DNA from: Tubulanus polymorphus
Lineage: Eukaryota > Animalia > Nemertea
DNA: 64,000 nt
Direction: 5' to 3'
Assembly (NCBI RefSeq): GCF_964204645.1
Contig: NC_134029.1
Span: forward strand, 14,998,950 to 15,062,949
The notes below the pieces were generated by a model. That model ran no database searches. It was not told the origin of the DNA and worked only from the letters and a program-made list of their open reading frames with translations. Position numbers and translations under genes: made by a program. Below, in pieces: positions 24,056 through 37,604 of the stretch (position 1 is the first letter of the stretch; the number at the start of each line of letters is the position of its first letter).

Positions 24056-26609
24056 CTCTATTAGCTTTTGAATAATTAGGCCAATTAATAACGTAATAAA
24101 GACTTATGCTTTCGCCTATTTTGAAGTCGATTAATCTGATTAATCTGACAACTCGAGGCCCTTTATCGCTTCCGTACAGTCGTCATACCACTGGCGTCCT
24201 CAACTTTCAGCAACGCCAGTCACATGGAGTCGTACGTGTTCTACTTTCTGCGACGCGACACGACTGTCACAACCAACTGACACAATCGTATTGCAACCGA
24301 CATGCACCGAAACTTGCGATGAAACGCGACGATCGCATCGTGTCACAAGACCTTCCTACGTCCAGCTTTAAGTTACTGCGGAGCACCAGAAATATCTTTT
24401 TTTTCGTTCAAAAGACCTTTCGCTTGAAAATTCTTTCGTCGGAACAAAATTTATTTCGTTCGAACCAATAATATTCTATACGATTGAACCAATTTGAAAA
24501 AATCGTTAGAACAAAGTTGTACAAACTTTTTTTTGTCCAAACGAAAGGTTTTTCGTTCGAACAATCGTTCAATTGAACAGAATCGTTTTAATTTCAACAG
24601 AATTTTCTTGTCAGAATATTAAGTTTTTCGTTCCAACAAGTATATTGAAAAAGTTTTTTCTCCGAACCGAAAGTATTAAGTATTTCGTTCAATCGAACAG
24701 AATTGTTTTCATTCAAACATTGGTTCGAAAAAATTGTTTTCGCTCAACCAAATCTTTTGCCGGGACGAAAAATTTTTCATTTCAACAATAACATAGCTTT
24801 TTATTCGAACACATTTTTTGTCAGGATGAAGAAAATTTTTGGTTCAACCAAAAAGCGTATTGTTCGATCAAACAGAATAATTTTCATTCGAACAAGATTT
24901 TCTTGTTGGAACATTAAGTTTTTTAAGTCGAACAGCGTGTTAAGGTCGATTTGGAAATTTACTCGGTCTGGTATATGTTGGATTACTGTGTATGTCATTT
25001 GTCAGGACATTAATCAGAAGACAACTTAGGATACTACCTTGCGTGACTCCACTAGTTTGACTGACTTATTCCAAGATGAGGCGTTCCGTTGATTTCGGCT
25101 ACAAGTTTTCGTTCAGAGATAACTGCTGAGCCATTTGGGCGACCTATCATTGATACTGTTTCCTAATAGCCGGTTTAGTAATGGCTGATGTTGTGCCTTA
25201 TCAAATGCTTTGTCGAAATCCACAGTTGAACAGGATTCTAAGACTGTGCAGAAAACCCGTTATCGCTGCTTTGCAGCTATATTTATTATTTTTTTCCACA
25301 CTTTTTTTGTCAAAAGTACATAGGCTTTTTTACATTACCGCTGTTGCCGATACAATCCGTCTGATATCATTCAGCTCATTTCAATCTACAAATGCTCCGT
25401 GCGAATTTTGAAGAATCAACGTTACAAAAGCACTGTCGGGCCGTGAACATCGAAAATTGAGTCCCATTCAAAGAGCCGACATGTTTTTCTAGGTCGTATT
25501 TTCGAAATCTACCGCACGTTTCTTGTCACGTCGATTATCAATTCAAGCATAAATTAATAAATTTATTACCCAAAGATTGCACATTCTGTCGCGGTTTTTA
25601 AAAACTAATTTTAACAATAGCCCAATTTCCTCTTCAAATCATATTACCGATCCACAGGAAATTTACTACTTTAGATTTTAAAAGCACTGTCGAGCCGTAA
25701 ACATCGACAAATCGACGTGTGTCACAACATCGTCGTTCCGGGGATCAGCTGCGAGTTTCTCCTCATCATGAGAATCAAATCGAGTACAAATTAATTTATT
25801 ACTACCAGTGATTTGGCTGCGGGCTTCAGGCAGTTAGTTTAGCAATACCTATTTTTCTTTATCAAATTAACCGTGTATTTACTAAGATAAATCATAAGTG
25901 TACCGGGGAGTCGTAGGCCTAAAGTAAATACGCCGAAGAGATATAGCGGAGAAAAGCTGTTATGTCGACGAGGTATCAAAATAAAAGAATATATTACTTT
26001 ATTCGGCCGCGGGCTTCAACCTCTATATCAATACCATCAATACTCTATATTTCCTACAGTACATACCGATCATTGTCAAATGCACAAGGAATTTACTAAA
26101 TACAAGTATATAACACAATCCTTTCCGTATGCTGGACTCACACTTGACATTCGGAGTAAGCATTCGCTGTGGGGGAAAGGGATCGTTCGCTGTGTCGCTT
26201 GTGTTATCGAGTTTGACGTGGCTTTAGGCCTACCGGTGCTATGAGCTTTACTGTCTCAAACAAACACAGTATAATTGTTGCGTTTATTAACGGACTCATT
26301 GGATTGAACTTCAAAACAAAATTTACGATATTTAGGTGGGTTGTTATTCAATAGGCCTACGACCAATCTGTCCGGATGTTAGGCCTACGCATATACATAG
26401 GCCTACATAGGCTAGTAGCGTTAAGCGTTCGCTGTGGGGGAAAGGAGATCGTTCGCTGTGTCGCTTGAAGTGTTTATCGAGTTTTACGCGACCTTAAGGC
26501 TTAAGAATGGTGGCTGATAAGGGCCATGTGTAAAGAAAACACGTATATGCAGATGAGGGCGACATTATGACAAAACGACAAAACTAAAATAATGCGACAA
26601 AACAATAAT

Positions 26610-28036
26610 TTTGGTTTTGTCGCCCGCGACAATTCATTATTTTGGTTTTATCGCCCACGACAATTCATTATTTTGGTTTTATCGCCCGAGACAATTCATT
26701 AATTTGGTTTTGTCACCCGCGACAAATCAATATTTTGGTTTTATCGCCCGCGACAATTTTTTTTTGTCGCGGTTTTATCGCCTGCGACACTTCAATATTT
26801 TGGTTTTGTCACCCGCAACAATTCATGATTTTGGTTTCATCGCCCGCGACAATTCATTATTTTGGTTTTATCGCCCGCCACAATTCATTATTTTGGTTTT
26901 GTCGCCCCGACCATTTTTTTTTTGGTATTGTCGCCCGCGACAATTCAATATTTTGGTTTTATCACCCGCGACAATTCATTATTTTGGTTTTATTGCCCGC
27001 TACAATTTTTTTGTTGTCGCGGTTTTATCGCCTGCGACACTTCAATATTTTGGTTTTATCGCCTGATGCGACAATTCAATATTTTGGTTTTATCGCCAGC
27101 GACAATTCATTATTTTGGTTTTATCGCCAGCGACAATTCATTATTTTGGTTTTATCGGCCGCGACAATTCATTAGTTTGGTTTTGTCGCTCGCGACAATT
27201 CAATATTTTGGTTTTGTCCCATGCGACAATTCAACATTTTGGTTTGATCGCCCGCGACAATTCATTTTTTTGGTTTTGTCGCCCGCAAAATTTCATTAGT
27301 TTGGTTTTGTCGCCCTCGACAATTCGATATTTCGGTTTTGTCGCCCTCGACAATTCAATATTTTGGTTTTATCGCCCTCGACAATTGATTATTTTGGTTT
27401 TATCGCCCGTGACAATTCATTATTTTGGTTTTATCGCCGGTGACAATTCAATAATTTGGTTTTGTCACCCGCGACAAATCAATATTTTGGTTTTGTCGCC
27501 CACGACAATTCAATATTTTGGTTTTATCGCCCGCGACAATTCATTATTTTGGTTTTATCGCTAGCGACAATTCATTATTTTGGTTTTATCGGCAGCGACA
27601 ATTCATTATTTTGGTTTTATCGCCTGCGACAATTCATTATTTTGGTTTTATCGCCAGCGACAATTCATTAGTTTGGTTTTGTCGCCCTCGACAATTCAAT
27701 ATTTTGGTTTTGTCGCCCTCGACAATTCAATATTTTGGTTTTGTCACCCACGACAATTCAATATTTTGGTTTTATCGCCCGCGACAATTCATTATTTTGG
27801 TTTTATCGCCCGCGACAATTTTTTTTTTGTCGCGGTTTTATCACCTGCGACACTTCCATATTTTGGTTTGATCGCCTGATGCGACAATTCAATATTTTGG
27901 TTTTATCGCCAGCGACAATTCATTATTTTGGTTTTATCGCACGCGACAATTCAATATTTTGGTTTTATCGCCAGCGACAATTGATTGCTTTGTTTTTATC
28001 GCCCGCGACTATTCATTTTTTTGGTTTTGTCGCCCA
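26610..28036 (+). repeat. 31-bp satellite array
   Basis: Tandem monomers. Confidence 0.95.
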
Positions 28037-30659
28037 CTCTATTAGCTTTTGAATAAATAGGCCAATTAATAACGTAATAAAGACTTATGCTTTCGCCTAT
28101 TTTGAAGTCGATTAATCTGATTAATCTGACAACTCGAGGCCGTTTATCGCTTCCGTACAGTCGTCATATCACTGGCGTCCTCAACTTTCAGCAACGCCAG
28201 TCACATGGAGTCGTACGTGTTCTACTTTCTGCGACACGACATGACTGTCACAATCAACTGACACAATCGTATTGCAACCGACATGCACCGAAATTTGCGA
28301 TGCAACGCGAGGATCGCATCGTGTCACAAGACCTACCTACGTCCGGCTTTAAGTTACTGCGGAGCACCAGAAATATCTTTTTTTTCGTTCAAAAGACCTT
28401 TCGCTTGAAAATTCTTTCGTCAGAACAAAATGTATTTCGTTCGAACCAATAATATTCTATACCATTGAACAAATTTGAAAAAATCGTTAGAACAAACTTT
28501 TTTTTGTCCAAACGAAAGGTTTTTCGTTCGAACAATCGTTCAATTGAACAGAATCGTTTTAATTTGAACAGAATTTTCTTGTCAGAATATTAAGTTTTTC
28601 GTTCGAACAAGTATATTGAAAAAAGTTTTTTCTCCGTACTGAAAGTATTAAGTATTTCGTTCAATCGAACAGAATTGTTTTCATTCAAACATTGGTTCGA
28701 AAAAATTGTTTTCGCTCAACCAAATTTTTTTGCCGGGACTAAAAATTTTTCATTTCAACGATAACATAGCTTTTTATTCGAACACATTTTTTGTCAGGAT
28801 GAAGAAAATTTTTGGTTCAAGCAAAAAGCGTATTGTTCGATCAAACAGAATAATTTTCATTCGAACAAGATTTTCTTGTTGGAACATAAAGTTTTTAAGT
28901 CGAACAGCGTGTTAAGGTCGATTTGGAAATTTACTCGGTCTGGTATATGTTGGATTACTGTGTATGTCATTTGTCAGGACATTAAACAGAAGACAACTTA
29001 GGATACTACCTTGCGAGACTCCACTAGTTTGACCGACTTATTCCAAGATGAGGCGTTCCGTTGATTTCGGCTACAAGTTTTCGTTCAGAGATAACTGCTG
29101 AGCCATTTGGGCGACCTATCATTGATACTGTTTCCTAATAGCCTGTTTAGTAATGGCTGATGTTGTGCCTTATCAAATGCTTTGTCGAAATCCACCGTTG
29201 AACAGGATTCTAAGACTGTGCAGAAAACCCGTTATCGCTGCTTTGCAGCTATATTTAGGGTTTTCTGTTACATCACAGAAAACCCTATTGAGATTCGCGT
29301 GTTTCTTATTATCATTATTATTATTATTATTATTATTATTTTTTTCCACACATTTTTTGTCAAAAGTACATAGGCTTTTTTACATTACCGCTGTTGCCGA
29401 TACAATGTGTCTGATATCATTCAGCTAACTTCGATCTACAAATACTCCGTGCAAATTTTGAAGAATCAACGTTACAAAAGCACTGTCGGGCCGTAAACAT
29501 CGAAAATTTAGCCCCATTCAAAGAGCCGACATGTTTTTCTCAGTCGTCTTTCCGAAATCTACCGCACGTTTCTTGTCACATCGATTATCAATTCAAGCAT
29601 AAATTAACAAATTTATTACCCAAAGATTGCACATTCTGTCGCGGTTTTTAAAAACTAATTTTAACAATAACCCATTTTCCTCATCAAATTATGATACCAA
29701 TACACAGGAAATTTACTACTTTAGATTTTAAAAGCACTGTCGAGCCGTAAACATCGACAAATCGACGTGTGTCACTACTTCGTCGTTCCGGGAATCAGCT
29801 GCGAGTTTCTCCTCATCATGAGAATCAAATCGAGTACAAATTAATTTATTACTACCAGTGATTTGGCTGCGGGCTTCAGGCAGTTAGTTTAGCAATACCT
29901 ATTTTTCTTTATCAAATAAACCGTGTATTTACTAAAATAAATCATAAGTGTACCGGGGAGTCGTAGGCCTAAAGTAAATACGCCGAAGAGATATAGCGGA
30001 GAAAAGCTGTAATGTCGACGAGGTATCAAAATAAAAGAATATATTACTTTATTCGGCCGCGGGCTTCAACCTCTATATCAATACCATCAATACTCTATAT
30101 TTCCTACAGTACATACCGATCATTGTCAAATGCACAAGGAATTTACTAAATACAAGTATATAACACAATCCTTTCCGTATGCTGGACTCACACTTGACAT
30201 TCGGAGTAAGCATTCGCTGTGGGGGAAAGGGATCGTTCGCTGTGTCGCTTGTGTTATCGCGTTTGACGCGGCTTTAGGCCTACCGGTGCTATGAGCTTTA
30301 CTGTCTCAAACAAACACAGCATAATTGTTGCGTTTATTAACGGACTCATTGGATTGAACTTCAAAACAAAATCTACGATATTTAGGTGGGTTGTTATTCA
30401 AAAGGCCTACGACCAATCTGTCCGGATGTTAGGCCTACGCATATACATAGGCCTACATAGGCTAGTAGCGTTAAGCGTTCGCTGTGGGGGAAAGGAGATC
30501 GTTCGCTGTGTCGCTTGAAGTGTTTATCGAGTTTTACGCGACCTTAAGGCTTAAGTATGGTGGCTGATAAGGGCCATGTGTAAAGAAAACACGTATATGC
30601 AAATGAGGGCGACATTATGACAAAACGACAAAACTAAAATAACGCGACAAAACAATAAT

Positions 30660-32492
30660 TTTGGTTTTGTCGCCCGCGACAATTCATTATTTTGGTTTTA
30701 TCGCCCGCGACAATTCATTATTTTGGTTTTATCGCCTGCGACAAATCAATATTTTGGTTTTGTCGCCCGCGACAATTCAATATTTTGGTTTTATCGCCCG
30801 CGACAATTCATTATTTTGGTTTTATCGCCTGCGACAATTTTTTTTTTGTCGCGGTTTTATCGCCTGGGACACTTTAATATTTTGGTTTTATCGCCCGCGA
30901 CAATTCATTATTTTGGTTTTATCGCCCGCGACAATTCATTAGTTTGGTTTTGTCACTCGCGACAATTCAATATTTTGGTTTTGTCCCATGCGACAATTCA
31001 ATATTTTGGTTTTATCGCCTGCGACTACTCAATATTTTGGTTTAATCGCATGCGACAATTCATAATTTTGGTTTTATCGCCCGCTACAATTTTTTTCTTG
31101 TCGCGGTTTTATCGCCTGCGACACTTCAATATTTTGGTTTTATCGCCTGATACGACAATTCAATATTTTGGTTTTATCGCCAGCGACAATTCATTATTTA
31201 GGTTTTATCGCCCGCGACAATTCATTATTTTGGTTTTATCGGCCGCGACAATTTATTAGTTTGGTTTTGTCACTCGCGACAATTCAATATTTTGGTTTTG
31301 TCCCATGCGACAATTCCATATTTTGGTTTTATCGCCCGCGACAATTCATTTTTTTGGTTTTGTCGCCCGCAAAATTTCAATAGTTTGGTTTTGTCGCCCT
31401 CAACAATTCGATATTTCGGTTTTGTCGGCCTCGACAATTCAATATTTTGGTTTTATCGCCCTCGACAATTGATTATTTTGGTTTTATTGCCCGTGACAAT
31501 TCATTATTTTGGTTTTATCGCCTGTGACAATTCAATATTTTGGTTTTATCGCCAGCGACAATTCATTATTTTGGTTTTATCGCCAGCGACAATTCATTAT
31601 TTTGGTTTTATCGGCCGCGACAATTCATTAGTTTGGTTTTGTCGCTCGCGACAATTCAATATTTTGGTTTTGTCGCATGCGACAATTCAACATTTTGGTT
31701 TGATCGCCCGCGACAATTTATTTTTTTGGTTTTGTCGCCCGCAAAATTTCATTAGTTTGGTTTTGTCGCCCTCGACAATTCGATATTTCGGTTTTGTCGC
31801 CCTCGACAATTCAATATTTTGGTTTTATCGCCCTCGACAATTGATTATTTTGGTTTTATCGCCCGTGACAATTCATTATTTTGGTTTTATCGCCGGTGAC
31901 AATTCAATAATTTGGTTTTGTCACCCGCGACAAATCAATATTTTGGTTTTGTCGCCCACGACAATTCAATATTTTGGTTTTATCGCCCGCGACAATTCAT
32001 AATTTTGGTTTTATCGCTAGCGACAATTCATTATTTTGGTTTTATCGCCAGCGACAATTCATTATTTTGGTTTTATCGCCCGCGACAATTCATTATTTTG
32101 GTTTTATCGCCAGCGACAATTCATTAGTTTGGTTTTGTCGCCCTCGACAATTCAATATTTTGGTTTTGTCGCCCTCGACAATTCAATATTTTGGTTTTGT
32201 CACCCACGACAATTCAATATTTTGGTTTTATCGCCCGCGACAATTCATTATTTTGGTTTTATCGCCCGCGACAATTTTTTTTTTGTCGCGGTTTTATCAC
32301 CTGCGACACTTCCATATTTTGGTTTGATCGCCTGATGCGACAATTCAATATTTTGGTTTTATCGCCAGCGACAATTCATTATTTTGGTTTTACCGCCCGC
32401 GACAATTCAATATTTTGGTTTTATCGCCAGCGACAATTGATTACTTTGTTTTTATCGCCCGCGACAATTCATTTTTTTGGTTTTGTCGCCCA
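30660..32492 (+). repeat. 31-bp satellite array (recombinant of the two previous arrays)
   Basis: First part matches 22311-23170; second part matches ~27060-28036. Confidence 0.9.
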
Positions 32493-34836
32493 CTCTATTA
32501 GCTTTTGAATAAATAGGCCAATTAATAACGTAATAAAGACTTATGCTTTCGCCTATTTTGAAGTCGATTAATCTGATTAATCTGACAACTCGAGGCCGTT
32601 TATCGCTTCCGTACAGTCGTCATATCACTGGCGTCCTCAACTTTCAGCAACGCCAGTCACATGGAGTCGTACGTGTTCTACTTTCTGCGACACGACATGA
32701 CTGTCACAATCAACTGACACAATCGTATTGCAACCGACATGCACCGAAACTTGCGATGCAACGCGAGGATCGCATCGTGTCACAAGACCTACCTACGTCC
32801 GGCTTTAAGTTACTGCGGAGCACCAGAAACATCTTTTTTTTCGTTCAAAAGACCTTTCGCTTGAAAATTCTTTCGTCAGAACAAAATGTATTTCGTTCGA
32901 ACCAATAATATTCTATACCATTGAACAAATTTGAAAAAATCGTTAGAACAAACTTTTTTTTGTCCAGACGAAAGGTTTTTCGTTCGAACAATCGTTCAAT
33001 TGAACAGAATCGTTTTAATTTGAACAGAATTTTCTTGTCAGAATATTAAGTTTTTCGTTCGAACAAGTATATTGAAAAAAGTTTTTTCTCCGTACCGAAA
33101 GTATTAAGTATTTCGTTCAATCGAACAGAATTGTTTTCATTCAAACATTGGTTCGAAAAAATTGTTTTCGCTCAACCAAAATTTTTTTGCCGGGACTAAA
33201 AATTTTTCATTTCAACGATAACATAGCTTTTTATTCGAACACATTTTTTGTCAGGATGAAGAAAATTTTTGGTTCAAGCAAAAAGCGTATTGTTCGATCA
33301 AACAGAATAATTTTCATTCGAACAAGATTTTCTTGTTGGAACATAAAGTTTTTAAGTCGAACAGCGTGTTAAGGTCGATTTGGAAATTTACTCGGTCTGG
33401 TATATGTTGGATTACTGTGTATGTCATTTGTCAGGACATTAAACAGAAGACAACTTAGGATACTACCTTGCGAGACTCCACTAGTTTGACCGACTTATTC
33501 CAAGATGAGGCGTTCCGTTGATTTCGGCTACAAGTTTTCGTTCAGAGATAACTGCTGAGCCATTTGGGCGACCTATCATTGATACTGTTTCCTAATAGCC
33601 TGTTTAGTAATGGCTGATGTTGTGCCTTATCAAATGCTTTGTCGAAATCCACCGTTGAACAGGATTCTAAGACTGTGCAGAAAACCCGTTATCGCTGCTT
33701 TGCAGCTATATTTAGGGTTTTCTGTTACATCACAGAAAACCCTATTGAGATTCGCGTGTTTCTTATTATCATTATTATTATTATTATTATTATTATTTTT
33801 TTTTCCACACATTTTTTGTCAAAAGTACATAGGCTTTTTTACATTACCGCTGTTGCCGATACAATCTGTCTGATATCATTCAGCTAACTTCGATCTACTA
33901 ATACTCCGTGCAAATTTTGAAGAATCAACGTTACAAAAGCACTGTCGGGCCGTAAACATCGAAAATTGAGCCCCATTCAAAGAGCCGACATGTTTTTCTC
34001 AGTCGTCTTTCCGAAATCTACCGCACGTTTCTTGTCACATCGATTATCAATTCAAGCATAAATTAACAAATTTATTACCCAAAGATTGCACATTCTGTCG
34101 CGGTTTTTAAAAACTAATTTTAACAATAACCCATTTTCCTCATCAAATTATAATACCAATACACAGGAAATTTACTACTTTAGATTTTAAAAGCACTGTC
34201 GAGCCGTAAACATCGACAAATCGACGTGTGTCACTACTTCGTCGTTCCGGGAATCAGCTGCGAATTTCTCATTCTGAGAATCAAATCGAGTACAAATTAA
34301 TTTATTACTACCAGTGATTTGGCTGCGGGCGTCAAGCAGTTAATTTAGCAATACCTATTTTTCTTTACCAAATTTACCGTGTTTTTACTAAGATAAATCA
34401 AAAGTGTACCGGGGAGTCGTAGGCCTAAACTAAACACGCCGAAGAGATATAGGGGAGAAAAGCTGTTATGTCGACGAGGTATCAAGATAAAACAATATAT
34501 TACTTTATTCGGCCGCGGGCCTCCATATCAATACCATCAATACTCTATATTTCCTACAGTACATACCGATCATTGTCAAATCCACAAGGTATTTACTAAA
34601 TACAAGTATAAAACACACTCCTATCCGTATGCTGGACTCACACTTGACATTCGGAGTAAGCGTTCGCTGTGGGGGAAAGGAGATCGTTCGCTGTGTCGCT
34701 TGAAGTGTTTATCGAGTTTTACGCGACCTTAAAGCTTTAGTATGGTGGCTGATAAGATAACAAAACACGAATATGCAAATGAGGGCGACATTACGACAAA
34801 ACGACAAAACTAAAATAACGCGAGAAAACAATGATT

Positions 34837-35971
34837 TTGATTTTGTCGCCCGCGACAATTGATTATTTTGGTTTTATCGCCCGCGATAATTCATTATTAC
34901 GGTTTTATCGCCCGCGACAATTCATTATTTTGGTTTTGTCGCCCGCCACAATTCACCATTTTGGTTTTGTCGCCCGCGACAATTCATGATTTTGGTTTTA
35001 TCGCCCGCCACAATTCATTATTTTGGTTTTGTCGCCCCGACCATTCATTTTTTGGTTTTGTCGCCCGCGACAATTCATTAGTTTGGTTTTGTCGCCCGCG
35101 ACAATTCAATATTTTGGTTTTGTCGCCCGCGACAATTCAATATTTTGGTTTTGTCGCCCGCGACAATTCATTATTTTGGTTTTATCGCCCGCGACAATTC
35201 AATAGTTTGGTTTTATCGCCCGCGATAATTCATTATTTTGGTTTTATCGCCCGCGACAATTCATTATTTTGGTTTTGTCGCCCGAGACAATTCATTATGT
35301 TAGTTTTATCGCCCGCGACAATTCATTATTTTGGTTTTATCGCCCGCGACAATTCATTATTTTGGTTTTGTCGCCCGCGACAATTCACCATTTTGGTTTT
35401 GTCGCCCGCGACAATTCATTATTTTGGTTTTGTCGCCCCGACAATTCTTTTTTTGGTTTTGTCGCCCGCGACAATTCATTAGTTTGGTTTTGTCGCCCGC
35501 GACAATTCATTATTTTGGTTTTGTCGCCAGCGACAATTCTTTTTTTGGTATTGTCGCCCGCGACAATTCATTAGTTTGGTTTTGTCGCCCGCGACAATTC
35601 AATATTTTGGTTTTATCGCCCTCGACAATTCATTACTTTGGTTTTATCTCCAGCAACAATTGATTATTTTGGTTTTGTCGCCCGCGACAATTCTTGTTTT
35701 TGGTTTTGACGCCCGCGACAATTCATTATTTTGGTTTTATACTTTGTTTTTGTCGCCCGCAACAATTCAATATTTTGGTTTTGTCGCCCGCGACAACTCA
35801 TTATTTTGGTTTCATTGCCCGCGACAATTCAATATTTTAGGTTTATCGCCCGCGATAATTCATTATTTTGGTTTTATCGCCCGCGACAATTCAATATTTT
35901 GTTTTTATCGCCCGCGACAATTCATTATTTTGGTTTTGTCGCCGGAGACCATTCATTATTTTGGTTTTATC
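34837..35971 (+). repeat. 31-bp satellite array, abruptly truncated
   Basis: Tandem monomers resembling the 9840-11097 array; ends mid-monomer at GGTTTTATC|AACATG. Confidence 0.95.
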
Positions 35972-37120
35972 AACATGTCCAAAAGACATATGAATCGATC
36001 GAAACTCGAAAGCATCTCATCTCAGCCTTCATCGATCGCACCCCCTGTCCCACGAGTTTTACGAAAGACTTGTCGGAGTGTTGTGACATGGAAAATATAA
36101 TAAATATATAATTAACTACGTATCACTTTCTGCAATTACGCTCCAGCTAGTGGGATAATAACTGTTGTCTAGTATTATGGAATAATTAAAAGCTTTCAAA
36201 TAAATCCCGGAATAAGATAACGATAATCTTATAGAATAAATACAGTGTACAAACCGTACTCTGAGGGAAAAACAGGGAGAGCAACCTTGATAGCAACATC
36301 GGATGGAACCAGAGCACAGGCAGCGCAACACGCGGGCTAGGTAATATGATGTTGGCAGTAGTATTCTAAGTTCATGCAATATAACCATTGAATCATATAT
36401 CAACCTGAGTGAGTCGTTAGTTTATTTTTGGTCTCGGGTTTCCACATCGCCGTGCAAAACAGGAGGGGAAGTGCATGTCCCGGACAAGAACAGCGGCGCT
36501 CTCCCATAGCTGTTACGGGTTCGATTGTTCATCTGACTGTACGCATTATGGTTTACGGAAATTTCATATCTTCGCCTCCACTGCTCATGATCCGTAGTTA
36601 TTTGCTCTAGGATTTCATTATCAGACGTTCTATTATTGGAGTTAATTTAGATTCAAATCCCAAGCCAGATCGCTGAGCCTTTTCTGAAGCGATCGACATA
36701 TAAGTATATTTTCTGTTTGTTTAAGATGACCGTTTTATACTCATCAATCAATTAGCGAAGTAACTGCACCCGGATTAACAATAGTCAAGCAGAAACAGTC
36801 CCAAGCATGCGCCTTACAATTTCCTATAGGAGTAGTGATGATTATTAAAACCAGGTCTCTTTACGTATGGATAAAACGTACGCCTCACTAAAAAACAATG
36901 ACTTATTCCATCTGCATGGTCAAATATAAAGAGATCCAACAATGATATAACAATCTGAAGACGCAAAACGATCTTATCAAATATACATTACAAATTGGTT
37001 GCTTGTTTTAAAAACAATACCGTCTATAAATTAAAGAATAATAGATTAGAAAACAGTAGAAATTCCGCCAATGGGTCTGTAAGTTATCTGTATCAGCGCT
37101 GTCATGAAATGAATGCACCG

Positions 37121-37315
37121 TAGTAATAGGGGTGATGGGCTTTCAAGCCAAAGGTCGAACGGTCGAGAAATTTTCCAAATGTGAAATAACAATAATTTCT
37201 ACTTGAATTAGTCGCGTACACTCCTAATTCAAGTAGAAATTATTATTATTTTCACATTTGGAAAATTTCTCAACCGTTCAACCTTTAACCTGAAAGCCCA
37301 TTACCCCTATTACTA
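37121..37315. repeat. 195-bp imperfect palindrome (91/92-bp arms, 12-nt loop) at the Polinton left edge
   Basis: TAGTAATAGGGGTG...GAATTAG [TCGCGTACACTC] CTAATTC...CCCCTATTACTA; 7 substitutions and 1 indel between arms. Confidence 0.9.
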
Positions 37316-37604
37316 TTAAAATAATCATATACATGAATAAAATATAAATGAATAACATATATAAGTAATTAGAAAAGTAGGCTTTCAAGCCAGAGTACGA
37401 GAGTACGAGCTCTTATAGAATAGATATATAGATATATTTTAAACATATTTCAATATTTGTATTTGTATGATTTTTAAACATTAAAAGTGTTAGTAAAGTG
37501 TGATTGAAATAATTCATACATATATACATGAATAACATATAAATGAATAACTTCTAAATGAATAAAATGTGTCAAATCAATTTAAAAAAAAATTTAGTAT
37601 TAAA

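Larger units (their letters stand above)
1..35971 (+). mobile_element. Head-to-tail concatemer of non-autonomous Helentron-type (HINE/DINE-1-like) elements carrying satellite arrays
   Basis: A 3' signature CAGAAAACCC...GCTGCTTTGCAGC(hairpin)TATATT ends at ~3833, 8801, 16451, 21099, 25283, 29255 and 33712. At most junctions it abuts the 5' signature TTAGGGTTTTCTG-N8-CAGAAAACCCTA, usually followed by (ATT)n. Subterminal IR + 5' palindrome + microsatellite + 3' hairpin is the HINE architecture. Confidence 0.7.

Noticed and set aside
36831-36850. AGTAGT as canonical Polinton left terminus
   Set aside because: No matching inverted end or TSD found; a 6-mer is expected by chance.
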